Origin: Pyrinomonadaceae bacterium
GTDB lineage: Bacteria; Acidobacteriota; Blastocatellia; Pyrinomonadales; Pyrinomonadaceae
Assembly: GCA_045403245.1 (NCBI GenBank)
Contig: JAXIOV010000034.1
Span: 3,942-67,941 of the forward strand
DNA: 64,000 nucleotides
Direction of reading: 5' to 3'
Part shown: in pieces, positions 18,659 through 27,865 of the stretch
How the letters are laid out: each line of letters opens with the position of its first letter
How positions within the stretch are numbered: the stretch's first letter is position 1
Notes under the pieces: model-generated
Told to the model about the DNA's origin: nothing
Seen by the model: only the letters and a program-made list of their open reading frames with translations
Databases searched by the model: none
Translations under genes and position numbers: made by a program

Positions 18659-19208
18659 GATGTTTCTCCAGATAGTGCCCAATCTCTTTTCGTAGTTTCG
18701 TGCGGGCGCGATGCAGAACCACTCCAACTACCATTTGTGAAGTTCCGAGCTGCTTCGCAATTTCCTGATTGTCGTAACCTTCGTAGTAGCGGAGCACAAA
18801 CATTTCCGCGGCGGTTGTTCCCAGTCGGGCCACCGCCTGGCGAATCAATGTTTGCAGTTCGCGATCGGCATGTTGTGCTTCGGGACTCTGCGCCTTGCTT
18901 GCCACCTGGGCCAGACCCTCGTCATCAATCCCGACGGATCTGGACCGGCTGCGGCTACGCATCAAGTCGAGTGACGCATTGATTGCGGCCCTTCCCAGGT
19001 AGGCTTCCGGATTCTCCGAAAGGTTGTAGGTCTCGTGACTCTTTACCAAACGCAGGAAAACCGTTTGAAGCACGTCTTCGGCATCGGCCGGACTGCCGGT
19101 GATGCGATAAGCCGTGCGGAACACGCGGTCGTGATGCGCTCGGAAAAGCGTCTCAAGCTCGCCGGGTGTTTCGGGAAGTAGTCTCAAGGTTCTAACGGCT
19201 GCTTGCAC
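18645..19208 (-). CDS. ECF-type RNA polymerase sigma-70 family factor
   Basis: Region 2 ([25 protein letters not shown]) and region 4 ([35 protein letters not shown]). Confidence 0.9.
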   Translation of the reverse strand: MQAAVRTLRLLPETPGELETLFRAHHDRVFRTAYRITGSPADAEDVLQTVFLRLVKSHETYNLSENPEAYLGRAAINASLDLMRSRSRSRSVGIDDEGLAQVASKAQSPEAQHADRELQTLIRQAVARLGTTAAEMFVLRYYEGYDNQEIAKQLGTSQMVVGVVLHRARTKLRKEIGHYLEKHHEQQ

Positions 19209-19504
19209 AGTGCCCTCCTGAAAATCGTTTCCACTGTTGCAAACGAGTCTCAGAAGGGTTTATTAACACTTTTGAGGGGCGAATATTAGAAAGTTAAAGG
19301 CGTTTGCTGGATTTGACCAGTATTTCACCGATTTTTGTGAGCGAGTTTGGGCTGATGAATCGAGCGAACATCCCCATGCACTCTTTCAGAGGTTGGCTAG
19401 ATCGAGAATCTGATTCCGGGGGGTTGAAGCAACATTGGACTGGACAGCAGGCAGCGCCATCGGCGTAGGCGCCAACGATGCTCCAATGTGTCTAGCGCGA
19501 CAAA

Positions 19505-19678
19505 TCAACGGCGTAGCAGAATCAGCACGCCAGCCAGGACAGCAAGCACCGACAGGACCATGCTTACCGTTGAAGAAATTCTCACACTGAGAAGCGGCAG
19601 GAGTCCCGTGAGAATCAGCCAGATCGCCAACAAGAGCATCCCCAGGTTTCTGCCGCCCAATCTATCCGCTATCGCCAT
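19505..19678 (-). CDS. Small two-helix membrane protein, 57 aa (below the ORF-track length cutoff)
   Basis: My translation is MAIADRLGGRNLGMLLLAIWLILTGLLPLLSVRISSTVSMVLSVLAVLAGVLILLRR. A strong SD (AAGAGGAGGA) sits 5 nt upstream of the ATG, which is 22 nt after the upstream gene's stop. Confidence 0.6.
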   Translation of the reverse strand: MAIADRLGGRNLGMLLLAIWLILTGLLPLLSVRISSTVSMVLSVLAVLAGVLILLRR

Positions 19679-19699
19679 GATTCCTCCTCTTGAGTCGCG

Positions 19700-20227
19700 C
19701 TAAACCGGTGGCCCTTCGCTCGCGTCAAACTCTTCCATCACCTTCTGCCAATCCGGACCGACACGACTCTGCAATAGCCGGACACAGCGATTCCAACGCA
19801 GGATTGCATCGTCGTTGTCGGCCGGCCTGATATTTGACGCCTGTTGAAAGTAGTCCATTGCTCCTTCAAACGTCGGCAAGACGGTATGGGGTGGAACGCC
19901 GGCCTTCAACTGAGCTTTGGCTTTTCGTTCATCGAGTAGTCCCAGATGATAGATTTTCTGATAAGGGTCGCCCAGCTTCTGAAAAATATCTCTGGCCTCC
20001 ACATACCTATCAGAGGCGTTGCCGGTAAACTGATCGGTAATTGACAGTCCAAGTAATCGCAACGCTTCCTGATGGTCGGGTTCAATTGCGAGAATGTCCC
20101 GGCAGATCGACTCGGCCTCGCCAGGCTCGTTCAAGTAACGATAGACTTCGATCTTTGAAATCGCCGCAGGAATGCCGGCTTTCGAAATTGGTTTGAGTTG
20201 AAGATCCATTGGACTCTCCTTAATCAA
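19700..20227 (-). CDS. Helical (TPR-like) protein of unknown function
   Basis: 175 aa. EAESICRDILAIEPDHQEALRLLGLSI looks like one TPR-like hairpin. No family recognised. Confidence 0.5.
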   Translation of the reverse strand: MIKESPMDLQLKPISKAGIPAAISKIEVYRYLNEPGEAESICRDILAIEPDHQEALRLLGLSITDQFTGNASDRYVEARDIFQKLGDPYQKIYHLGLLDERKAKAQLKAGVPPHTVLPTFEGAMDYFQQASNIRPADNDDAILRWNRCVRLLQSRVGPDWQKVMEEFDASEGPPV

Positions 20228-20283
20228 GCGGCCGGTGGCGCGTCAGGGTCGGTACCGTCCCTGCCGACTGCTGCCTTCTGCTC

Positions 20284-21021
20284 TCACTTTCTTTTTCCTC
20301 TGAGCTTACGTAGAAACCATCGCACCGGATCGTAATACTGGTCAACCACTCGCTCTTTCAGCGGAATGATTGCATTGTCCGTAATCCGAATGTCCTCGGG
20401 GCAGACTTCCGTACAGCACTTTGTGATGTTGCAGTAGCCAATCCCCAGTTCCTCCTTCAGCAGTGGGGTTCGATCCACGCCATCAAGCGGATGCATCTCC
20501 AGACCCGCAACTCGAACGAAGAAGCGTGGGCCACCAAACTGCTCCAGCTTTTCGTGGTCGCGCAACACGTGGCAAACATTCTGGCACAGGAAGCATTCGA
20601 TGCACTTTCGGAATTCCTGCACCCGATCGATGTCGCGCTGGTACATCTTCCACTCCACCCCGGCACGTGGCGTAAATGGTGGGATTTTTTGATTCACCCG
20701 GTAGTTCCAGGCGACATTGGTCACCAGGTCCTTAATCACCGGAAACGTCTTCATCGGCTTCACGATGATGGGTTGGTCCAGCGGCAGCGCGTCCAGACGA
20801 GTCTTGCAGGTCAGGCGAGGCCGGCCGTTTACCTCGGCTGAACATGATCCGCATTTTCCGGCTTTGCAATTCCAACGCACGGCCAGGTCGGGCGCGTGGT
20901 GCGCTTGAATGTAATGTAGCGCATCCAGGACAACCATCCCCGGGGCGATGGGCACCTGGTAGTCGACCAGGTCGCCACCACCGTCGTCGCCGCGAAAGAC
21001 TTTGAATGTTGCGTTAGACAT
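20284..21021 (-). CDS. sdhB: Succinate dehydrogenase/fumarate reductase iron-sulfur subunit
   Basis: 2Fe-2S motif CKAGKCGSCSAEVNG..RLTC, followed by the CIECFLCQNVC and CTEVCP clusters. Confidence 0.9.
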   Translation of the reverse strand: MSNATFKVFRGDDGGGDLVDYQVPIAPGMVVLDALHYIQAHHAPDLAVRWNCKAGKCGSCSAEVNGRPRLTCKTRLDALPLDQPIIVKPMKTFPVIKDLVTNVAWNYRVNQKIPPFTPRAGVEWKMYQRDIDRVQEFRKCIECFLCQNVCHVLRDHEKLEQFGGPRFFVRVAGLEMHPLDGVDRTPLLKEELGIGYCNITKCCTEVCPEDIRITDNAIIPLKERVVDQYYDPVRWFLRKLRGKRK

Positions 21022-21088
21022 CTTGTCTGGATCAATCAGTCGTTAGTCGCGAATCGCGTTGAAGTGCAACGCAACGTTGGGTAACTGC

Positions 21089-21270
21089 TTTGCCCCGTAG
21101 GGGCGAAATGTTTATAGCCCCGGTGTTCCTCTCTTTGAACCGCGGCGCTCCGTAGGAGCGCAACGTCGTTTTGCTAAGTCGTCAATCTTCTGCCGGGACC
21201 ATTTCGCTCCTAACGGAGCGAGTTTATTTAGGTCGAGTCTTGCTATAAACGTCTTGCTCCTCTGGAGCGA
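21089..21270. repeat. Array of four related GC stem-loops (CTCC/CCCC-GTA-like loop-GGAG/GGGG) between sdhA and sdhB
   Basis: The hairpins are at 21089-21107 (ttgcccc gta ggggcgaa), 21145-21161 (gcgctcc gta ggagcgc), 21204-21221 (tcgctcc taac ggagcga) and 21255-21269 (tgctcc tct ggagcg). GTTTAT/ATAAAC flanks indicate mixed orientation. Confidence 0.75.
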
Positions 21271-21288
21271 AACGACAAGTCACTAAAT

Positions 21289-23007
21289 TCACTTCCCCTC
21301 GTCAAGTATCTGCCGCAATTCGGCGGGCATGTCAGGAATTGTACTTTGCGCCAGGCTCATTTCCTCTCCATCGCGAACCACGATGTTGTTTTGCCTTCCC
21401 CACTGCTCATCATAGTTTGGATAGTCAATCCGGCTGTGCGCGCCGCGACTCTCTTTGCGTTCCACTGCACTTAATGCTACCGCCTCTGAAACTATCAACA
21501 TCGACTTGAGGTCGCGCGCCAGATGCCAACCTGGATTGAACAGCCGGGAACCTTCAACTCGTACACCGGACGCCCGCTCTTTCAATTCGGCAATCTCCGC
21601 CAAACCCGTCTTCAAGTCCTGTTCGTTTCGAAAGATCCCGACATTGTTCTGCATCGTCTCCTTCAACGCTTCATGAATCCGGTAGGGACTTTCCCCATTG
21701 GTTCGTGCAAACGGTTCAACCAGTTCTCGGGCGGCCTCGTCGACCTGCTCAGATGCGATCTCTGACGAACTCGCTTTACCGGCATGGTCGGCAGCCGCGC
21801 GTCCTGCCCGCCGCCCAAAAACCAGAAGATCGGAAAGCGAGTTTCCACCGAGACGATTGGCCCCGTGTAATCCGGCCGCTGCTTCACCGGCCGCAAACAA
21901 TCCGCTCACGGTAGATTCCGCAGACTCTGCCTCAACGCGAATTCCGCCCATCATGTAGTGACACGTGGGACCAACTTCCATCGGCCCCTTGGTGATATCA
22001 ACGTCGGCGAGCTCGCGAAATTGATGATACATACTCGGAAGTTTCTTCTTCACATAGTCGGCCGGCTTGTGTGAAATATCGAGGTAAGCGCCGCCGTGTT
22101 CAGTGCCTCGCCCTTCCTTCGCCTCTGTATAAATGGCGCGCGCTACCACATCGCGCGTTGATAATTCCATTTTCTCGGGGTCGTAGCGCTGCATAAATCG
22201 CTCGCCATCCTTGTTTCGCAACACACCACCCTCGCCTCTGACCGCTTCGGTAACCAGTATTCCCTGCACTCCCGGTGGCCAGACCATGCCGGTCGGGTGA
22301 AATTGAACAAACTCCATGTCCATAAGTTCGGCGCCCGCGTCGTAGGCCAACGCCATCCCGTCTCCGGTGTACTCCCAGGAGTTTGAAGTGATGCTCCAGG
22401 CTTTGCCAATCCCGCCAGTAGCAATCACGATCGATTTCGCTTTGAAGACAACGAAGCGGCCATTTTCCCGCCAGTATCCAAACGCCCCCGCAACGCGATC
22501 GCCGTCTTTGAACAATCGCGTGATCGCACACTCCATATAGACGTCAATCCCAAGATGAACGCCACGGTCCTGTAACGTCCGGATCATCTCGAGGCCGGTG
22601 CGATCGCCAACGTGGCACAAGCGCTTGAAACTGTGACCACCAAACGCGCGCTGCAGAATTTCTCCATTGTTGGTGCGGTCGAAAAGCGCGCCCCACTGTT
22701 CGAGTTCGGTAACACGCTCCGGCGCCTCCTGCGCATGCATCTGCGCCATTCGCCAGTTGTTAAGAAACTTGCCGCCACGCATGGTGTCGCGGAAGTGTGT
22801 GCGCCAATCGTCAGCCTTGTCGACGTTGGCCATAGCCGCAGCAATCCCGCCTTCGGCCATGACCGTATGCGCTTTGCCGAGCAGAGACTTGCAAACCACG
22901 CCAACGTTCGCCCCCTGGCCCAACGCCTCGATCGAGGCGCGCAACCCGGCGCCACCGGCGCCAATTACCAAAACATCATGTTCGTGAGTTTCGTATTCTG
23001 CGGTCAC
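21289..23007 (-). CDS. sdhA: Succinate dehydrogenase/fumarate reductase flavoprotein subunit
   Basis: VLVIGAGGAGLRA FAD fold, the HTVMAEGG covalent-FAD histidine context, HPTG, and a conserved C-terminal RGAHSRIDYP. Confidence 0.95.
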   Translation of the reverse strand: MTAEYETHEHDVLVIGAGGAGLRASIEALGQGANVGVVCKSLLGKAHTVMAEGGIAAAMANVDKADDWRTHFRDTMRGGKFLNNWRMAQMHAQEAPERVTELEQWGALFDRTNNGEILQRAFGGHSFKRLCHVGDRTGLEMIRTLQDRGVHLGIDVYMECAITRLFKDGDRVAGAFGYWRENGRFVVFKAKSIVIATGGIGKAWSITSNSWEYTGDGMALAYDAGAELMDMEFVQFHPTGMVWPPGVQGILVTEAVRGEGGVLRNKDGERFMQRYDPEKMELSTRDVVARAIYTEAKEGRGTEHGGAYLDISHKPADYVKKKLPSMYHQFRELADVDITKGPMEVGPTCHYMMGGIRVEAESAESTVSGLFAAGEAAAGLHGANRLGGNSLSDLLVFGRRAGRAAADHAGKASSSEIASEQVDEAARELVEPFARTNGESPYRIHEALKETMQNNVGIFRNEQDLKTGLAEIAELKERASGVRVEGSRLFNPGWHLARDLKSMLIVSEAVALSAVERKESRGAHSRIDYPNYDEQWGRQNNIVVRDGEEMSLAQSTIPDMPAELRQILDEGK

Positions 23008-23747
23008 AGCAGTCTCGCGTCTTGAATTGCGCCGGAGGCAAGCAGTCGAATGTAAAAATCCGAGAGTCCAACCGAAAACAGACTCAACCAGGCAAACAGC
23101 ATGTGATGCTCATTGAGAAAACTGAGGCCACGCCAGGCAGCGTGCCGAGGGCCTCCCGCCACCGTGCAGGAAAAGCAATCGACGTTGCCGCCGAGTAGGT
23201 GGCGCAGCGAGTGACAGGAAAATGTATATAAAGAGAGAAAGCTGATGTTTCCCAGCAGAACCAACGAGCCCACGCCAATCCCAAACTTGCCGTCAAACCA
23301 GAATGCGTGAATGGCGTCGTACCAAAGGATGATCAGGAAGATCAAAGCTGCGTAAAGAAAATAGCGGTGGACATTTTGCAGGATCAACGGAAAAGAAGCT
23401 TCGCCCCGATATCCGTGCCCTCTCGGTTCACCGACCGCGCAGGCAGGTGGATCAAGAAAAAATGCGCGGTAGTAGGCTTTACGGTAGTAGTAACAGGTCG
23501 CTCGGAAGCCAAGAGGCGCCCAGAGAATCAGGAGCGCCGGAGATAACGGCCACCAACTGGGCTTGAATAGAGGTGAGTAGAACGGGGAGAGGTAAGGGCC
23601 CCATTCATAAAAAGCGTTTTCGAAAGCTCTCCACGTGGCATAAACGCTGAACGCGCCAAGCACCAAAGCCACCGGAATCAGTTCCAGCCACCACGCGTCA
23701 CGCCGAGTGGTTTTCCCAAAACCGATGGCGGTTCTCGATTGAGCCAT
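23004..23747 (-). CDS. sdhC: Succinate dehydrogenase membrane anchor (single cytochrome b subunit, five helices)
   Basis: 247 aa and polytopic with conserved His residues. There is a 4-nt overlap with the sdhA start, and the sdhC-A-B order matches Bacillus-type enzymes. Confidence 0.7.
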   Translation of the reverse strand: MAQSRTAIGFGKTTRRDAWWLELIPVALVLGAFSVYATWRAFENAFYEWGPYLSPFYSPLFKPSWWPLSPALLILWAPLGFRATCYYYRKAYYRAFFLDPPACAVGEPRGHGYRGEASFPLILQNVHRYFLYAALIFLIILWYDAIHAFWFDGKFGIGVGSLVLLGNISFLSLYTFSCHSLRHLLGGNVDCFSCTVAGGPRHAAWRGLSFLNEHHMLFAWLSLFSVGLSDFYIRLLASGAIQDARLL

Positions 23748-24105
23748 GAAGGTCTCTCCGCGACGGGGGCGTTTCTCCGCGGTTGGCGTCCGTCACGGAG
23801 TTACGAATGAAACTGGGAAAAGTAGACGGCGCTAAGCATAGCCTACCGGATAAGACTTGGGAAGATTCGAAAACAAGAGTACGCCAGTTTGGATGGCAGG
23901 GTGCCTGGTCGAGTGACAGTGATGCCTTGATTTCAAGATCCTTGCTCTAACGACGGGTAGACTCGCTCAGCTTAACCGTTCCATCAAACGAGTCGAGCGT
24001 GATTTCATCAGCGACCCAAAGGTTTCAGTTTTTATTTCTCAGGGCCACAGAGTGCCGCCCCAAACGAACGGAATGACCTGGAAAAGACTCATTGCTGATC
24101 TCAAA

Positions 24106-24834
24106 TCACCGCCCGGCTGAGGTTGACTCAAGCCGCTTCCTTGCCTCGACCGCTTCGGGACTGCGTGGATAACGATGGACGAGCTCGCGCCAACCTTCAC
24201 CGTCGTAATGAAATCTTTTCTGCCGTGCATCGAAGATAAACGTAATCCCCTGACGGTTGTAGCGATCAAGTCCGTTGTAGTTCAGGAAATAACTAAAAAC
24301 CGGCGCGCCTCCGGCGGTCATTTCGACCTCATCGAGCCTGCGTGAGGCATCGTGTGAAAGATGTTTGGCCGCATCTTCGGCCGCCTGCGTAAATAAGATC
24401 AGCACCTGCGGGCGTAGCGGCGAAAGCCGGAAGTAGTCCAGGAAGATTCGAGCACGGGCTATCCGGTCAAAGTCTTCAGAAGCCTTTATCAGAGTTAGCA
24501 GCCGCGCGTCGTCGCCAACGCGCGCGGGTGAAACGACGGCGTCGCGCTGAATCCACCCGCCGGTTCTTCGGGTCACGTTAACGCGATAGAAGACAATTCC
24601 ATCGTGACTCCTTTTCACGCCTCGAATGGCAACCAGATTCCCACGGCCCATGCGCCGCACCAATGCTCCCCGAAGCTCAGGCGTCGAGCGCAACGCAGAC
24701 AACCGCTCATCTACCACGACTGCCACACGTCCACCCGGTGGCGGAGTGCGTCTCTTAGCCAGTGCAGTAAGCTGGGAAACGGACAGGACGATAAAAGTTA
24801 TCGCCAGAAATCTACGAGAGGAACGACTCTGCAC
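24106..24834 (-). CDS. Secreted protein of unknown function
   Basis: Signal peptide RRFLAITFIVLSVSQLTALA. 242 aa; no family recognised. Confidence 0.55.
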   Translation of the reverse strand: MQSRSSRRFLAITFIVLSVSQLTALAKRRTPPPGGRVAVVVDERLSALRSTPELRGALVRRMGRGNLVAIRGVKRSHDGIVFYRVNVTRRTGGWIQRDAVVSPARVGDDARLLTLIKASEDFDRIARARIFLDYFRLSPLRPQVLILFTQAAEDAAKHLSHDASRRLDEVEMTAGGAPVFSYFLNYNGLDRYNRQGITFIFDARQKRFHYDGEGWRELVHRYPRSPEAVEARKRLESTSAGR

Positions 24835-24897
24835 GAACTAACCTCCTCAAACTACTGGGCGACGGAGGGTGATCGATTAGAGCCTGCGCCTGGGGTT

Positions 24898-25446
24898 TTA
24901 GCGGGAAATGCGGCGGCGGGGTTGGCCGGTACTGGTTAATTTCGCGCCTGCCTGCGCAGCGATGATCCGCTGCGCAAAAGCGGCGTGGTGGAAGTGACAG
25001 ATCGCGACCGCCAGGGCGTCGGCGGCATCGTGAGGTTCAGGGATGCTTGCCAGTGAAAGGAGGGTTTTCACCATCTGCTGGACTTGAAACTTTTCAGCGT
25101 TGCCATGACCAACCACGGTCTGTTTCACGAGTCTGGGAGAGTACTCATGAATTTCCAGCGCAGCTCGTTCCGCCACCAGCATAGCCACTCCGCGAACCTG
25201 ACCGAGTTTCAAGGTGACCTTGACATTGGTTGCCAGGAAACCGTCTTCAATCGCGCAGGCATGCGGACTGTGACGCTGGATAACTTCCTCGAGGGCGTTG
25301 GCAATCTTCAGGAGGCGGGCGGAAAACTTCTGTCCTGGTTGGGCGCGAACAATTCCGCATTCAACTAGACGATAGCGGGGGCCATCACCTTCGATGACAC
25401 CCCACCCCGTCGTCTCACTGCCGGGATCGATTCCTAAGATACGCAT
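24898..25446 (-). CDS. ruvC: Crossover junction endodeoxyribonuclease RuvC
   Basis: MRILGIDPGSETTGWGVI contains the catalytic Asp, with EDGF and DAADALAVAICH further on. The long ORF start at 25530 adds a non-conserved extension. Confidence 0.9.
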   Translation of the reverse strand: MRILGIDPGSETTGWGVIEGDGPRYRLVECGIVRAQPGQKFSARLLKIANALEEVIQRHSPHACAIEDGFLATNVKVTLKLGQVRGVAMLVAERAALEIHEYSPRLVKQTVVGHGNAEKFQVQQMVKTLLSLASIPEPHDAADALAVAICHFHHAAFAQRIIAAQAGAKLTSTGQPRRRISR

Positions 25447-25590
25447 AACAAAAGGAGACTGAGCGGCCGCGTTGCTAACTCTTTGGAAAATCAAAATGCA
25501 CCCGACGCCAGGCAGTATACTACAGCGCAAACTTTAGTCTGCGCCTATTTTGGGAAAAGGGTTTTTACGAACGATGCAAGAATTTTTGCA

Positions 25591-26484
25591 TCAGCTTACC
25601 CAGCGCAGAGCTTGTCGGTGGTTGTTTTGAAAGAGCTCTGACAGCGCCTGGCGCGCGAGCGATTGCCAGTCACGACTTCGGATTGCCCAGTCGAAACTTT
25701 CGTAATGAAGTTTGCCCAGCTGCGGCGGCCAGGTGAAATCGTAAGACACTGGTTGACGAAATCTTTCTGGACCGGCCGGCGACAGACGCAGACAGTCGCG
25801 TTGTGTTTCAAAGCAATCAAACATTCGCTGCTTTAGTGTCCTTGCTCTTTCGTCAAGCAGAAGCGTGGTTACTTCTTTTCCCCTGCCAGGCAGGAACTCG
25901 GGCAATTTTGCTTTTCCGTCTTTGCCCGGACGCAAGGCCATCTCGAACATCGCCGGCGGGCTAAGACCATTCTCCTTCATTAATCGCACGGCCGTATGCA
26001 CCGCAAAAGCCGTTGCGTCGTGGTCGGGGTGTCCACCCTCGTATGGATGCGTCACTACGATATCGGCGCCAGACTGCTGAAGAAATCTGGTTACTCTTTT
26101 GGTCAGCTCGACCAGGTGAAACGATGCTTTGTGGTTGGCTATCCCAAAATCAATTACCCGGGTTTCGGGAACATGGGCGAGCGCCAGGGCCGAGATGCAT
26201 TCTTGCTGTCGAGCTTGAACATACTCCGGCCTGCTGCTGAAGCCCGCGGCCACGAGCTCTTTCGTGTCGCCCGGCGTGCCGTCGGTCAGGTGAAGGACAC
26301 TGACATCAACGAGCTTTGAGATGAGACAGCCAGCACCCACTATCTCATCGGCGGGATGAGCAACAATCACTGCACAACGCGTCCTGGGAAACAACGCTCC
26401 GGTGGAAAAGAGCCTTGCATGCGGCGACCCTAATATTTTTCGCGTTGTCTGAATGGGCTGAGTCATCACTAATCTCGATTCCAA
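25591..26484 (-). CDS. PIG-L/LmbE family deacetylase
   Basis: VIVAHPADEIVGAG and HPYEGGHPDHDA are the zinc-binding motifs of the family. Confidence 0.75.
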   Translation of the reverse strand: MESRLVMTQPIQTTRKILGSPHARLFSTGALFPRTRCAVIVAHPADEIVGAGCLISKLVDVSVLHLTDGTPGDTKELVAAGFSSRPEYVQARQQECISALALAHVPETRVIDFGIANHKASFHLVELTKRVTRFLQQSGADIVVTHPYEGGHPDHDATAFAVHTAVRLMKENGLSPPAMFEMALRPGKDGKAKLPEFLPGRGKEVTTLLLDERARTLKQRMFDCFETQRDCLRLSPAGPERFRQPVSYDFTWPPQLGKLHYESFDWAIRSRDWQSLARQALSELFQNNHRQALRWVS

Positions 26485-26711
26485 GCCCTGAATAAATAGT
26501 CGGCAACCGCGCCATTCGCAGCATGAAATTGGGACATTTGTGTCTACGTCCGATACAAACTGCTCTTGGGCGCCAGGCTCTAAAGATTAGGAGTAAACGG
26601 CCCGGATGTGAGTCCGCGGAAGTGAAATGCGAACTTTTCTGGCTTTCCCCTCGGTCTCTCGAGTCTCGCCAGCCTATTACCTACTCAACCCTCGTACCAG
26701 AAAACGGTGAT

Positions 26712-27713
26712 TTAATGTTCAATCTGACCAAAATCACATTGCTTTGGCTTCTTGTCCACACGCCAGCGCAGGAATCTGGTGCCGTGACGAAAGCGGCCGC
26801 CGGTGAAATGATCGTATTGAACTTCCGCGACCAGCTTCGTTCGCAGCGGTTCCCACTCACTTGTGCGCTTGGTGCTCCAGCGGCTTGGTCCTCCCGGTCT
26901 GTTGCCGGTGAATCCCGGAGGCGCAATCAGGGATTCGAGCTTCTTCGTCAGATCCTTTTTTTCCTTTTCGTTGAAGCTGGAGGTGTAGCCCACGTGATGG
27001 AGTAGCCCCTGGTCGTCGTACAAACCAAGCAACAACGATCCGATGACCTTCCCTTTCGAAGCGTAGCGGAATCCGCCCACGACACAGTCTGCGGTGCGCA
27101 TTCGCTTCACCTTTTGCATGCCGTCTCGCTCGCCGGAACGGTACGGCAGATCGCGCCGCTTCGCGATCACGCCGTCCAGCTTGAGTCCAGTTGTTGACAG
27201 CCATTTCTTCGCGGTCGCATAGTCCTCGGTTTTCGGTGAAAGCTCGATAGTCGGATTTCGACTCAGATACTTTTTGGCAAACTTCTCCAGCCGGTTGCGA
27301 CGCTTCACCAGCGGTTCCTGCAAAACCTGCTTTGCTGTCTCGTCAACCAACAAGTCAAACACGATCAGGTGGGCGGGAGTCTCTTTTGAAAGTTTCTGCA
27401 CCCTGCTGGCCGCCGGGTGAATTCTCTGAAGCAAGTCATCAAACGACAATCCCCCCTTCACCGGAATGACCAACTCGCCGTCGAGCACAAACTTTGTTGC
27501 CTTTAGCTTGAGGAGGGCGTCAGCGATCTCCGGGAAATAACGAGTAAGCGGTTGTCCCGATTTCGACTGTAGCTCGACTTTTTCTCCATCGCGAAAGGCG
27601 AGGCAACGAAACCCGTCCCACTTGGGTTCATATTCCCAATCGTCTCCACGCGGGATCTCAGGAACCAACAAAGCTTCCATCGGCGGGTAGGGTGGTTTGA
27701 TCGGTAACGTCAT
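26712..27713 (-). CDS. ATP-dependent DNA ligase (LigC / LigD ligase-domain type)
   Basis: Adenylation motif I is EPKWDGFRCLAF (KxDG), followed by DGELV and an OB-fold C-terminus. I place the start at MTLPIKPPYPPM (27713). Confidence 0.85.
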   Translation of the reverse strand: MTLPIKPPYPPMEALLVPEIPRGDDWEYEPKWDGFRCLAFRDGEKVELQSKSGQPLTRYFPEIADALLKLKATKFVLDGELVIPVKGGLSFDDLLQRIHPAASRVQKLSKETPAHLIVFDLLVDETAKQVLQEPLVKRRNRLEKFAKKYLSRNPTIELSPKTEDYATAKKWLSTTGLKLDGVIAKRRDLPYRSGERDGMQKVKRMRTADCVVGGFRYASKGKVIGSLLLGLYDDQGLLHHVGYTSSFNEKEKKDLTKKLESLIAPPGFTGNRPGGPSRWSTKRTSEWEPLRTKLVAEVQYDHFTGGRFRHGTRFLRWRVDKKPKQCDFGQIEH

Positions 27714-27865
27714 AACGAAACCGATAGTATCACCTCTTTGGAGTGCGGCGGCCTGGCGCCGCTTTGCCCGCTGCCGCATTTAGGTGCTCGCGTTAGACCA
27801 CAAACGAGAACAGCGAGGGCCAAGCCGGACCTCAATTGTCTGCGTGGTGCTCCGCGAGGGCTGCA

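Noticed and set aside
19488-19703. 71-aa plus-strand ORF in the ORF track.
   Set aside because: The opposite strand carries a 57-codon membrane-protein ORF with a strong SD and operon context. The plus-strand product is Arg/Ser/Thr-rich with no signals.
21045-21060. Palindrome cgcgaatcgcg immediately after the sdhB start region.
   Set aside because: The 5-bp arms with a 1-nt centre are too small for a stable hairpin and the sequence is unrelated to the four larger hairpins. It is probably chance.
26523-27005. 160-aa plus-strand ORF spanning the deacetylase-ligase spacer and the ligase 3' end.
   Set aside because: It overlaps the conserved OB-fold end of the ATP-dependent ligase in antisense and has no recognisable motifs.
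26712-27713. Looked for a Ku gene or LigD polymerase/nuclease domains next to the ATP-dependent ligase (an NHEJ locus).
   Set aside because: The neighbours are a PIG-L deacetylase and a methyltransferase. No Ku-like ORF is in the window, so no NHEJ operon can be claimed here.
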